DNA of 49,394 nt from a virus (Duplodnaviria; Caudoviricetes). The stretch lies in IMG/VR virus record IMGVR_UViG_3300016476_001020, positions 1-49,394 of that record; one strand, written 5' to 3'. A model generated the notes under the pieces. That model was not told the DNA's origin, did not search any database, and saw nothing but the letters and a program-made list of their open reading frames with translations. A program made the position numbers and the translations under genes. The number at the start of each line of letters is the position of its first letter. Position 1 is the first letter of the stretch. Below are positions 27,781-37,999 of the stretch, piece by piece.

Positions 27781-27784
27781 CTAT

Positions 27785-27861
27785 TGGTCAAGGTGATAGG
27801 ATTCGAACCCACGACATCTTGGTCCCAAACCAAGCGCTCTACCAGACTGAGCTACACCCTG
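27785..27861 (-). tRNA. tRNA-Pro(TGG)
   Basis: CTTGG-TTTGGGA-CCAAG, CCA. Confidence 0.92.
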
Positions 27862-28201
27862 TTAATTTCTATAAAAGTAATATAACTGATTCTCAAGCAA
27901 GGAGCAAGAATAAAGTTATTTTAAAAGCGCCGATGTACACCCTCACGGCTGGTCTCCTAGCTATCTATAACTGCTACAAAGCCGCAGGTTTCACTGTGTC
28001 TAGGACGTTGGCTTTAATTTACAGAGCTTGGAACCACCACATTTCCAACATTATGCACATATTCAAAGGCCCTGTGCGTGTGCGATGAAATCGCTTAGGG
28101 TACGTTATTACAGCTACTTGACGGGTATTACTTTGCAGGTATCACCGCTTCTGTCGAGGACATGACCCCTCTGCACTTTCACTTACTAACACTCTGTAAT
28201 C

Positions 28202-28276
28202 TGGCGAAGGTGGTAGGAATCGAACCCACTACGCGCGGTTTTGGAGACCGCCGCTCTACCATTGAGCTACACCAAC
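28202..28276 (-). tRNA. tRNA-Trp(CCA), two acceptor mismatches
   Basis: GCGGT-CTCCAAA-ACCGC, GCCA. Confidence 0.82.
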
Positions 28277-28426
28277 GTATAAGCTATTGGCTGTCAGGAT
28301 TTGCACTTAGAACCCACGGTTATGTACTCCTCAGGTTACGTTAACAGCGCCCACTAATGGCTGAGCTGTTACTCGTCTTAGGGACTTCTTGTCCTGCTTT
28401 CCTACACTTAACAGTGTACCAATATT

Positions 28427-28501
28427 TGGCTCCCAGGGTAGGGATCGAACCTACGACCTACTGATTAACAGTCAGCTGCACTACCGCTGTGCTACCTGGA
28501 A
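28427..28501 (-). tRNA. tRNA-Asn(GTT)
   Basis: GCTGA-CTGTTAA-TCAGT, CCA. Confidence 0.92.
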
Positions 28502-28965
28502 ATTACTAATCTTAATTTGTTCATCTAGATACTTGATTAGACTATCTGATAGAGTAAAAGTATCTGTTTTTGTATAACTATCTAGTTCGTATTTTGCAAG
28601 TAAATCAATAAGTTCAGCTTTGAACCGTAGTTTGTGACGCATGCTCATCCCAGTCTTGCAGATATTGCAGTTTCTTCTCTCTAGGCCATTCAGATAGATA
28701 GCTATTATCAATATCAAAGATAGTTAAAGTATCTTCTTCAGTGTATAGAGAAATATCTGATACAACCTCGCCTAGGTGATGCTGTGTAAACTCTTTAAAC
28801 TTACCGCTTTGAATAAGGGAAACTAGGCGCTCAGTGTCGATAGGCTCACTAAAACCCAGGTTATCAAATGCGCTTTGAGGGATTGCATACTTAAGTTTAA
28901 AGTGAGACAGAGTAGTAATTAGAACATAGTTATCTGACATTGATTTCTCTATTTGTAGGTTATTA

Positions 28966-29041
28966 TGGTAGGCCCGGAGGGACTCGAACCCCCAACCTAA
29001 GCGTTATGAGCGCTCAGCTCTAACCGTTGAGCTACAGGCCC
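28966..29041 (-). tRNA. tRNA-Ile2/Met(CAT)
   Basis: GGGCCTG acceptor, GAGCG-CTCATAA-CGCTT. Confidence 0.88.
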
Positions 29042-29215
29042 GAAACTGTTTTTGTGCTATGTTAAGTTCTTTTGGGTTTCTTGCCCCAAAAGACTGCCAA
29101 AAAACACAAGTACGGCCTTTCCAGCCTGTTTTTAAGCATATGCACTTAGCGTGAGTACATACCCCGTAATTATCTAAGTACCAGTTTTCTAGTTCAGACA
29201 ATTATGGCTCTTTTC

Positions 29216-29307
29216 TGGTAGAAGTGCTGGGACTCGAACCCAGTCAAGAACGCTAATCTGGCGCTAAAAGGCTTATAAGGCCTCTCTGACTACCCAGTCT
29301 CACTTCC
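29216..29307 (-). tRNA. tRNA-Ile(TAT) with long variable arm
   Basis: GAGGC-CTTATAA-GCCTT, short D-loop, long V-arm, CCA. Confidence 0.8.
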
Positions 29308-29526
29308 ATTATTTGTTTTGTAGTTGTTTAATTCGGCTTTTAATCCAGTTAGTCACAGTTAACCATTCATGATCTTGGTACTCTTTTGTAACTACTTCAA
29401 GGTTTTTTAAAGCAATGTGTAACCCAGATAACTCTGAGTAATCAAGACTAGATTTAGCCAATTAATACCTCACCAAAATAAAAATAACTAATAGTGCTAG
29501 CAATTACTAGCTAGTTAGTTTAATTT

Positions 29527-29610
29527 TGGTACCCCCTGCCGGACTCGAACCGGCACTCCATAGGAACAAGATTTTAAGTCTCGCGCGGCTACCAATTTCA
29601 CCAAGGGGGC
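29527..29610 (-). tRNA. tRNA-Leu(TAA)
   Basis: CGAGA-CTTAAAA-TCTTG, CCA. Confidence 0.92.
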
Positions 29611-29736
29611 TTAGTGATTAACCAATAATACGGGCTATCAAGTCTTTAGCCCACTGAGGTTGAGGGATAAAAGCCCAACCTAATACTAATCCAACTACTA
29701 TACCTAAAATGAGTTCCATTTGGTATCTCCTTTATT

Positions 29737-29811
29737 TGGCGCCCCCGGCAGGAATCGAACCCACACCCTGGAGGTAGAAGCTCCGTACTCTATCCGTTGA
29801 GCTACGAGGGC
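29737..29811 (-). tRNA. tRNA-Arg(TCT)
   Basis: loop CTTCTAC, GCCA. Confidence 0.9.
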
Positions 29812-29985
29812 GAACTATATAATTAACTATAGCCTAAAAACAACTAGTATGCAAGAACTTTTTTAGTTTAGCTTGCTTCTAACTGACTGTGCGACAGATA
29901 GTTATATATTTTATCTTAAAAACAATATAACTCATTGATAACTAGAATGCAAGGGCGATTTTACTTTAACCGCCCTTGCAGAGCA

Positions 29986-30123
29986 TCAGGCGATATAACC
30001 GCGCTGACGAAGTTCACGTTGGCGTCTTTCTAAATCTTCAAGAGATACAGACTTAGCTAAATACTCTTGTACGTATTCGCTATCTGTTTTTGTTTTGAAT
30101 ATGTTTTTAACCCAAGAAAACAT
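29986..30123 (-). CDS. DUF3563-like small protein (45 aa, below track cutoff)
   Basis: SD GGAG; EYLAKSVSLEDLERRQREL. Confidence 0.5.
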   Translation of the reverse strand: MFSWVKNIFKTKTDSEYVQEYLAKSVSLEDLERRQRELRQRGYIA

Positions 30124-30319
30124 TATTTTTCTCCAAAATAAGTAGACTTATGTTGCTCCATAGCTTTATGAAGAGCCCAAGCCTGATCTACAGGTCTATA
30201 TTCTAACGCACAGTAGCGAAGTAGATTTTGTTCTAACTTGGATTTACCAAGCGCCCAACGAATTTGTTTTAAAAGTTTCATCACTATTCTCCCATTGACA
30301 AACGCAATGAGACACTAAT

Positions 30320-30751
30320 TTACTTATTACCTAAAGCTGGTTTGTCTGTGTCAATCGGTATAAGCTTCGGTAATTTTTCTTCAGGTACTTTAACGGATAC
30401 GTTTACGCTTAAAATACCATCGGTAATATTAGCTCCTGTGACTTCTGTGTACTCACTTAGCCTAAAACTTTTACTAAATTTTTTATTGGAAATACCTCTG
30501 TGAACGTAGACTGTGTCGGCATAACCCGTAGTTTTTTCGCCGCTTATTGTCAGTATATTGTCTTTAAGCTCGATTTTTAGTTCATCTTTACGGAAACCAG
30601 CAACAGCTAGCTCAATTAAAGTAGTGGTATCATCTAGTTTAATCACGTTATGAGGCGGATATACTTCGCTCGGATGAGCCGAAAGCTTATCTAACTCTCT
30701 TAAAATTGGATCAAACCCAATAAATCTAGTTCTAGGAAATGTACCTGTCAT
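30320..30751 (-). CDS. small heat shock protein Hsp20 (IbpA-like)
   Basis: IGFD, YPPHN, IELAVAGF, YVHRGIS, DGIL. Confidence 0.92.
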   Translation of the reverse strand: MTGTFPRTRFIGFDPILRELDKLSAHPSEVYPPHNVIKLDDTTTLIELAVAGFRKDELKIELKDNILTISGEKTTGYADTVYVHRGISNKKFSKSFRLSEYTEVTGANITDGILSVNVSVKVPEEKLPKLIPIDTDKPALGNK

Positions 30752-30808
30752 TTATTTCTCCTTAACAAGCAAGAAAATAGCGTAGACCCGCAACCGGCAT
30801 CTACGCTA
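30749..30808 (-). promoter_or_regulatory. ROSE-like RNA thermometer
   Basis: 5' hairpin, then TTCTTGCTT pairing with SD AAGGAG before the hsp20 ATG. Confidence 0.65.
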
Positions 30809-31079
30809 ATAATTATACATATTTTTTATAAATATGCAAGTAGTTTTTTAATAATCTTCGTCCAGATCCTCGGAATCATCTTCATCGTCAATGCCGAGTA
30901 TAGATTCAATATAGTCTACAAATTCCATATAAAAACGAAAATCAGCTAGAAGTACGCACAGAGCCATAGTAATAACGGTATATGGTACTACAAAATAATA
31001 ACTTATTACGTAACCGAAAAATAAAAAACGTAATTGTAGTAATATGTAACTAAAGCTTAATTCATACGGAACGGAATAA

Positions 31080-31580
31080 TTAACCCCGCCTGTAAAATAC
31101 ATGAGCGCCGATTTCAACAGTTTTCTCCAAATTGTGCCAGCCAGGACTTATACTCGTAGAGTGAAAAAATAAAGCTCCTTGAGTTAAGTCCATGACTTGC
31201 TGAGTAAGTAGACCTTTAGCTAGTGCTACTGCAAGTCTTGCCTCAGTATTATTAGGTAAGTTGTCTGACTTACCATCACAATACCAGCTATACTGACATA
31301 CAGGAGCAGTCTGACTTATAACCTTACAAATAGTATCTGGAAATAAGTCACTATTGCGTCTATTAATTGTTACTTGAGCTACAGCGATTTGCCCGTAAAT
31401 AGGCTCTCCTCGCGCTTCAAAGTATATTACTTGGGCTAAGCAGTAAGATTCTGCTTCGAATATTTTAGTATCTTGTGTCGGCCTAATAGCCGCTAGGGAA
31501 GGGGAGTCTGACAATATCATGCTCAGAGCAATCGTCGCCATACTGTATTTCAATAATTGATAAAATTTCTTTAGTTTCAT
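31080..31580 (-). CDS. SleB-like cell wall hydrolase
   Basis: CLAQVIYFEARGE, CQYSWYCDGK, IGAHVFY. Confidence 0.88.
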   Translation of the reverse strand: MKLKKFYQLLKYSMATIALSMILSDSPSLAAIRPTQDTKIFEAESYCLAQVIYFEARGEPIYGQIAVAQVTINRRNSDLFPDTICKVISQTAPVCQYSWYCDGKSDNLPNNTEARLAVALAKGLLTQQVMDLTQGALFFHSTSISPGWHNLEKTVEIGAHVFYRRG

Positions 31581-32274
31581 TGGATAATCTATGCCATTTC
31601 TCTAAAGGAATTGTAAATACATCATTTTTACGTAATGTAGTTTTCTCAATACCTTCATAGGCATGATTAGAATGATGTACCGTAGCAGTGCCTTCGCGAA
31701 CAAACCATACTTCGGACCTTTTATGGTGCATTTGCCAAGAAAGAGATTCTTTTGGATTTACTACTAATTCCTTGATTTTAGTTGTGTTGGGTGAATACTT
31801 ATGCAGAACTTTCCACAAACCCCAATCACGAATAGTAGAATCACTCTTCCAACTGTCAAGCAGCGTGGAGGAAGAATTCATCTTGTTGCTCCCTCCCAGC
31901 ATATCATTTACTTCTATATTATTTTCTAAACAAAAAGTAAATTCTGGATAGTTAGCAGAGGAACGATCTCCACCGTTCCCGAAGATAAGTTTACTACGAG
32001 GATAAAGATTTTGCACATCCTTCAATAAGGCGATTGCAGTATTATCTGTATCGTCGAAACTTAAAACTGAATCAATATATTTTATTGATTCTAATACTGC
32101 TTTTCTAGAAGAAAAGCTCATAAAGGGCTTACCCTTCTTACGAGTAAGCCAGTTATCTGAATTTAAACCCACGACAACGTAATCATACATTTCATGGGCT
32201 TGTTTGAACATTGAAATATGACCTTCGTGTACTGGGTCAAAACCGCCAGACAATATAATTACAGTATTATGCAA
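31483..32274 (-). CDS. cytidylyltransferase fused to cupin (mannose-6-P isomerase type II C-terminal-like)
   Basis: SGGFDPVHEGH, FGNGGDR; LSWQMHHKRSEVW, IIEIQYG. Confidence 0.85.
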   Translation of the reverse strand: MHNTVIILSGGFDPVHEGHISMFKQAHEMYDYVVVGLNSDNWLTRKKGKPFMSFSSRKAVLESIKYIDSVLSFDDTDNTAIALLKDVQNLYPRSKLIFGNGGDRSSANYPEFTFCLENNIEVNDMLGGSNKMNSSSTLLDSWKSDSTIRDWGLWKVLHKYSPNTTKIKELVVNPKESLSWQMHHKRSEVWFVREGTATVHHSNHAYEGIEKTTLRKNDVFTIPLEKWHRLSNETKEILSIIEIQYGDDCSEHDIVRLPFPSGY

Positions 32275-32497
32275 ATAAAGTCCCTATATGTTTAGCATCA
32301 TCGTCAAAAACGAAGCCTTCTGGCTCTCCCAGAGATTTCCACGTAGACATTATTTTAACATGCTTGCAACCACGGCGACCAGCGGGGCAAGTGCACCCTC
32401 GTTGAGTAAACTTGTATACCGCAGTAGGAGCATCTGAGTCTTCAAACTTAGCGAGTTCATAGAATAAAGTAACCTTTCGCAAAAGATATTGTGCCAT
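32267..32497 (-). CDS. SWIM zinc-finger protein
   Basis: CTCP....CKH. Confidence 0.65.
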   Translation of the reverse strand: MAQYLLRKVTLFYELAKFEDSDAPTAVYKFTQRGCTCPAGRRGCKHVKIMSTWKSLGEPEGFVFDDDAKHIGTLFA

Positions 32498-32600
32498 ATC
32501 AGCCTCTATGTGTGTAATTAACTATAACAATAAAAAAAGCACATAGCAAGAATTTTCTTGCTAGTGCTGGAGGTTATATAGCGTAATTATGAGATAAGCA

Positions 32601-33122
32601 TTATAGCTTATAGGAGTTAATATAGAATTTCCTTAAACTATCTTCATATTGTTGTTTTAGCGGATTTTGATCTGCTAATTTATGATTAATAAACTCTTTT
32701 CTTAGTAGAGTGTAGTATTTTTTAAATATAGGGCCGTGAGGCTTACATCTAGTATTTAGCTTCTTATACTCAAAAAACTGAACAGCATGTGCTACTTCAT
32801 GAGCAATAATAGCTTCGAGTTTTATTAAATAGTCTTTAGCATAGAAACCGCCAATTATACTATTACTATCGTAAGAAGGGTATTCGTAAAATCTATATAC
32901 ATCAACAGGATTATGGTATATCAAAGCAGCACTAGACATCGCAATATTAATACCTGGGCCGTTTTTATATACACCACCTCTTGAAGATCGTCTAGCATTA
33001 CTCCAATCTGTTTTCAAGAAACACGTAAAGTCGCTATAAATATTACTTTGAACAAACCGTTCAAGTAATAAAGTAAAACGTAGCGCATGTGCATTTGCTT
33101 GTATTTGTTTTTCGTTTAGCAT
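32601..33122 (-). CDS. SprT-like zinc metalloprotease
   Basis: HEVAH ... PHGPIF. Confidence 0.65.
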   Translation of the reverse strand: MLNEKQIQANAHALRFTLLLERFVQSNIYSDFTCFLKTDWSNARRSSRGGVYKNGPGINIAMSSAALIYHNPVDVYRFYEYPSYDSNSIIGGFYAKDYLIKLEAIIAHEVAHAVQFFEYKKLNTRCKPHGPIFKKYYTLLRKEFINHKLADQNPLKQQYEDSLRKFYINSYKL

Positions 33123-33396
33123 CGTCTTTTTCCAGTAGCTGGGTCAGAAGCATCTTCTTTAGATAATACTACATAATTACCTTTATTGTAGGCCTGTCCT
33201 ACAACTAAAGAATCAGAGCCGGAATAAGCGTTTGATTTTTTAACATACCCGTTACCGATACTATTTGAAAGAGGCGGTTGCTTAGTCAGGCCTTCGCGTA
33301 AATTTGGAAGTTTATATGGACTTGTTTTGACAGGTTTACCTTTAACACCCATTTTCTTTAACCATTCTTCGTGCTGTTCTAATAACTTTTTCTTGT

Positions 33397-34335
33397 TCAT
33401 GTCTTTAAGAATACATAGTTTAGTAGTGGATCAGTAAATCTGCCTTCAATATCTGGAGAAAACAGAGCTATAGCAATATTTCTAGCGCGTGTTACCTTTG
33501 ATAAGTCAGTGTCACAGAATAGTGCTAAGCGCTTACCTAGTACTGGACTACCTATAGGTTCTATTCCAGAACTATCTAACTGAAAATAAACTAAGTCTGA
33601 AAATAAGTAGTTTGCTAGTGCTACATTTATAGAGAATTTAGCATCATGTTGACCGAATAAGGCAGCTATATAAAATTCTGTTGGTAATGTATTATTATAT
33701 GTCCACTTATTAGCATTGTACAACACATGAATGGCTTCAAGCAGTTCAGTATCACCAATACGATCTAAATCGCCAAATCTTAAATGTACCTCAATTATAA
33801 CACCGTCTATGACTTCAAAATTCATACAACCGCTATAACGTGGAGTGTATTTTGTAATCCATTCTTGTAGATAGTGAATAGTAGAAAGATTACTCTTTGT
33901 AAGATACCAGTAGTCAAACAAACCAAGTTGTAGTTTTTCGCCTACAAAAGTAATATCTAATTTTATTTCGCCGTTTAAAACAATAACATCAATAGAATAA
34001 TGGGTTCCAAGGTGGAATCTTGACCAAAAATAACCGGCTAAGTGCATGATTTTAGAGTATTGCTCTTTGTTATGACAAACAGTCGCACCTACGCCTCCGC
34101 CAGCTAAGTTAGTTATAGGCTTGACTATTACTGGATATTCAGTAGGCTCTACGCCTATAGGTCCAGAGGGTATATTTTGAGATAGTGCTACTGCTAGCTT
34201 ATTGTAAACCCAATTATATTCTGGGTTTACTATCCAAGCAACATCATCACTAGTAGGAATGACCATTCCCCACTCTGATAACTCTTTGTAAGCATTAGGC
34301 ATAGCTTGTTTTGGGTTATAATTTTTCCACGGCAT
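33397..34335 (-). CDS. ATP-grasp-like protein
   Basis: YPVIVKP, HYSID, NFEVI..IIEVHLR. Confidence 0.6.
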   Translation of the reverse strand: MPWKNYNPKQAMPNAYKELSEWGMVIPTSDDVAWIVNPEYNWVYNKLAVALSQNIPSGPIGVEPTEYPVIVKPITNLAGGGVGATVCHNKEQYSKIMHLAGYFWSRFHLGTHYSIDVIVLNGEIKLDITFVGEKLQLGLFDYWYLTKSNLSTIHYLQEWITKYTPRYSGCMNFEVIDGVIIEVHLRFGDLDRIGDTELLEAIHVLYNANKWTYNNTLPTEFYIAALFGQHDAKFSINVALANYLFSDLVYFQLDSSGIEPIGSPVLGKRLALFCDTDLSKVTRARNIAIALFSPDIEGRFTDPLLNYVFLKT

Positions 34336-35097
34336 TTATTCTCCCATAAAAAATGCACAGCCGAAGCTGTGCATTTACTTAGACTGCAAATCCTTGTACT
34401 TTTGGGTCTCGCCAAATAGTACTTGCTGGAACCTTAATAAACCGTTTATTAGTTTCGGTCTTATTAGGATTCTCAATAGTAACGATAACACGTTTACCGC
34501 GCTTATGTGCGGCAAGCTGATTCATCACACGCTCAGCAGACTTTAGATACTCAGAACGAACTGCGTTAAGAAGTTTCTTATTCACAGTAGAATGAATACC
34601 GGCAGACCGCTTACCTGTGCCTTTAGATGTTTTACCTTTAGCCATTTTTATGCTCCGTTGTTGTATATCTAACAATAGAACATAAATAGCAACAAAGCAA
34701 GTATTATTTTGATTTGTATAGTATGCTATTAGCAGATACAGTAACGTTTTGATATAGATCAAGTAAGCATAGTATAAAGTCGGAGGCATGATACACATAA
34801 GAACATCTGTTACATTCTGTAGCGTCTGCAAACGCTACTGCACCTTTATAGTACCAAACCTCTTCTTCAGCAGAACACTTTGGACAAGCTGTTCTGGCTC
34901 TTAGTACGCTCATTCGTAATACTTTTGCTCGTCAAGAATTTGCTTAATAAGTGTATCTTTATTATAACGCTTATCGAGCTCTAATCCTAAAGTTCTAGCA
35001 TAAGTTTCTAGCTGATCTTTATCCATGCGCTGTAATTGCTGTTCTGTTTTTTGAATTGCTTTTTTAACGAATAGACTTTTTAGTTTTTGAAATATAC

Positions 35098-35346
35098 TCA
35101 TTCTCTGTATGCCTTTACTTTCTTAGCTATATTGCTAGGTTGTTTTACGAATTGTTTGCCTTTTTTGGTTCCTTCTCGTTTTGCTCTATTAGTAGCTGCT
35201 TTTTCTGCCGGAGACAAAGAGTCCCAGGCTTTTTTAGGCAGGTATCTTCCACGTTTACTCTTTGGCTTATCGGCTTCTGAAGGGCTTGAGTACTGCCACT
35301 CTTGCTTAGTCCAATTAACCAAAGATCGTTGTGTTTTTTTAAGCAT
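35098..35346 (-). CDS. DUF5872-like protein, C-terminal half
   Basis: SLVNWTKQEW, GRYLPKKAW, GKQFV. Confidence 0.55.
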   Translation of the reverse strand: MLKKTQRSLVNWTKQEWQYSSPSEADKPKSKRGRYLPKKAWDSLSPAEKAATNRAKREGTKKGKQFVKQPSNIAKKVKAYRE

Positions 35347-35522
35347 TACGATTTATACCCTCCACCAGCTTTTCTATACTTAACAGCTAGTAACTGTGCT
35401 TTCCTCGCACTCCATTGACCAGGAGCGCCACCTTTGTCTCCTGCTTTTATCTGTTGAAATAGCCTTTTTCTCAAAGTAGGCTTGGTATATACGCCTGCTT
35501 CGTTGACTCTAGACTTACTCAT
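35346..35522 (-). CDS. DUF5872-like protein, N-terminal half (58 aa, not in track)
   Basis: YTKPTLRKRL..GGAPGQWSARKAQLL..YRKAGGGY. Confidence 0.55.
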   Translation of the reverse strand: MSKSRVNEAGVYTKPTLRKRLFQQIKAGDKGGAPGQWSARKAQLLAVKYRKAGGGYKS

Positions 35523-35835
35523 TAACCCATACGCTTACGCTGAGCACGCGCTTTAAACATAGCTGCTGCTGCTACACGTTCGCCAGCCTCTTTGCTGCCG
35601 TATTCCTCAGCTGCTTTAGCTGCAACCTTATCAAACATTTTACCTTTTTTACCAATATCTTTACCAGCAGCTGCTTTTTTAGCTAAACCAGAACGTTCTT
35701 TCTTGTTTAACATTTTCATACCTGGATTTGTTTCTTTAACCATTACCGACTCCTTAATAAAAAATGAGAGTGTATTGCTACACTCTCATTATACAATCTT
35801 AAATAATTACGTCAATTTTTATTTTATTAAAGTGT

Positions 35836-36795
35836 TTATTCAATATTAGCAGCAGTTTCTTGCGCCTCTGCAAGATTAGGGTCTGGTACTAATCCGTAAG
35901 ACGTTAAAATACCGTCTGGACCAGCTATATCATCACTTACAAAGAACTCAATATATTCCCTTAAACCAGGAATTGTATCTAAATGTGCGTTCTTAACATA
36001 AAAATATAACGGACGACTAATTGGGTACTCCCCATTAGCAATAGTATCAATTGTTGGGAATACGCCATTAATAGTTGCTACTTCAAGTTTATTAGTATTA
36101 TTTTGATAAAAACTTAAACCAAACACTCCTAAAGCTGTTGGATTAGCGTCGAGACGAGCGAGTGTTTCTGTATAGTCTCCGTCAATATCAACTGCTACAC
36201 CGTCTGTACGAACTGAATGACAGTCTTTCTTTTGCTCATCGTCTAGTTTTTCTAAACCAAGTGTTGTTTTGCAGCCTTCTTCCATTACTTTTACATCAAA
36301 CACCTCTCGGGTTCCATGCTTAGTTCCTGGAATAAAAGCAAGAATTTCAACGGCTGGCAGTGCAGAATCAATATCACTCCATAGTTTAGCTGTACTGCTT
36401 TCGTGTAGAGCAGAATATAGCTGAGCCGGGGTCAGATCATCAATGTTTAGTTTGTCGATGTTAGATGCAAACACAATGCCGTCATAACCTATACGGATTT
36501 CAGTAATTTTACCTATAGTTGCTTCGCAGGCTAGCCACTCTTCGTCTTTCATCTTAGAAGAGCTGTTCGCTATATCAACAGTGTTTTCACCAGTTCCTTC
36601 GCACAGTTTTTTACGTCCGGCTCCAGAACCTCCACCTTCAACAACAGGTGTTGGGAAGTCATAGTTCTCACCAAAAGCTTCTGCAACAATAGTTGCATAA
36701 GGTAGTACAGTAGAAGACCCAGTAATCTGGATATTATCTCGTGCAGTCGCTGAAGTGGCAACACACATAAAGGCTAGTGCATAAAGTATTTTCAT
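35836..36795 (-). CDS. pstS: phosphate ABC transporter substrate-binding protein
   Basis: signal peptide, ITGSSTV, GGSGAG, IGYDGIV, YPISRPLYFY. Confidence 0.92.
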   Translation of the reverse strand: MKILYALAFMCVATSATARDNIQITGSSTVLPYATIVAEAFGENYDFPTPVVEGGGSGAGRKKLCEGTGENTVDIANSSSKMKDEEWLACEATIGKITEIRIGYDGIVFASNIDKLNIDDLTPAQLYSALHESSTAKLWSDIDSALPAVEILAFIPGTKHGTREVFDVKVMEEGCKTTLGLEKLDDEQKKDCHSVRTDGVAVDIDGDYTETLARLDANPTALGVFGLSFYQNNTNKLEVATINGVFPTIDTIANGEYPISRPLYFYVKNAHLDTIPGLREYIEFFVSDDIAGPDGILTSYGLVPDPNLAEAQETAANIE

Positions 36796-36834
36796 ATATT
36801 CTCCTATAACCTGTAAGGTTTATAGTTATATATT

Positions 36835-36863
36835 ATTACACTTTTGTAACAATTTTATGACAA
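36835..36863 (-). promoter_or_regulatory. Pho box (three 11-bp-spaced half sites)
   Basis: TTGTCAT-AAAA-TTGTTAC-AAAA-GTGTAAT upstream of pstS. Confidence 0.75.
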
Positions 36864-36876
36864 TAAAAAAGCTGGC

Positions 36877-37953
36877 TTACGCCAGCTTTTTAGCCACTAC
36901 AGGCTCGTTTGCAAATTTTTCTTCGTCCTTGATAAAAGAGTAAAAGTGCTGCACTGCTACTTCTTTATTCTTAGCCTCAACGTCAAAATCAGCATACTCT
37001 AGCATTGGTACGTGATTAGCCATCAGTTCTTCGTCCCAAAATACTTCACTATGGGCATTTGGTTTCATCCAATATTCTTCATTATCAGGATGAAACGACT
37101 GAGACTTATGAAATAGTGGTCTTACGTTTTTCCATGTTTTAACAGCTTCGATAAAGTAATCAGAAGTATGTGTGATATGTGTAACATCACGTACTTTTCT
37201 ATTGACTGTTTTTGTACCTACTTTAACTTTTTCTGTTTCAGTCATTCTGTGACAAGCATAATGGTGTGTGTCCAGAGTACAACGAATAGGAATACGTTGT
37301 GCTAACTCTAAAGTATGCTTAATATCATAACCATTAGGCTTATCTTCGTTTTCCACAGCTAAACACTGCTGCGCATAATCAGATAGATACTGGTAGTTAG
37401 TAGCAAAACGCTTAATACCGTCTTCATGCTTGCCGCCATACAGACCTTGTAAATGAATATTCATTACAAAATCATTAGCAGGTAAATTCATTAGCTTACC
37501 GTACAAAGCATGGTATTCTAAGTCTTTTATAGAATTTTTTACAACATCTGCATCTGTAGAGCCTAGTACAGTATACTGCCCTGGATGTACACTAAGCCTG
37601 ACTTCATGGCGTTTTGCTTGCTCACCTGCTTTGGCTAATAGCTCAGAGATAGTACCCCAGATCTCGGCGTACCAATCATTAGTAAAGTCTAGTGTATAAC
37701 ACGGGAAAATCTCAGAAGATATACGAAAGCTTCTCAGATTCTTAGGCTGAGTAGGAAAATACGTGCTAAGAATGTCTAATAGCTTTTTACAGTTTTCGAT
37801 AGCTTTTGCTTGAACTTTTTCTTTGCCACCAGCTTTTAAGGCGTATGTTTTAGTCGTAGTGCCAAAGTTATAGCGTTTTGCTAGTTTTGCGTCAAAAAAT
37901 TGACAGCACTGACTAATTCTCCAGTCAGTGCTGTTTACATTAAAGTATTCCAT
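36877..37953 (-). CDS. uvsE: UV damage endonuclease
   Basis: FRISS, RLSVHPGQYTVL, LAVENEDK, LDTHH, VEAKNKE. Confidence 0.85.
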   Translation of the reverse strand: MEYFNVNSTDWRISQCCQFFDAKLAKRYNFGTTTKTYALKAGGKEKVQAKAIENCKKLLDILSTYFPTQPKNLRSFRISSEIFPCYTLDFTNDWYAEIWGTISELLAKAGEQAKRHEVRLSVHPGQYTVLGSTDADVVKNSIKDLEYHALYGKLMNLPANDFVMNIHLQGLYGGKHEDGIKRFATNYQYLSDYAQQCLAVENEDKPNGYDIKHTLELAQRIPIRCTLDTHHYACHRMTETEKVKVGTKTVNRKVRDVTHITHTSDYFIEAVKTWKNVRPLFHKSQSFHPDNEEYWMKPNAHSEVFWDEELMANHVPMLEYADFDVEAKNKEVAVQHFYSFIKDEEKFANEPVVAKKLA

Positions 37954-37999
37954 ATAAACTCCATTATTTTTTATAAAATAACAGATAATTTACGTTATG

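Noticed and set aside
24650-28200. RNase P RNA
   Set aside because: The conserved GAGGAAAGTCC P4 motif was not found.
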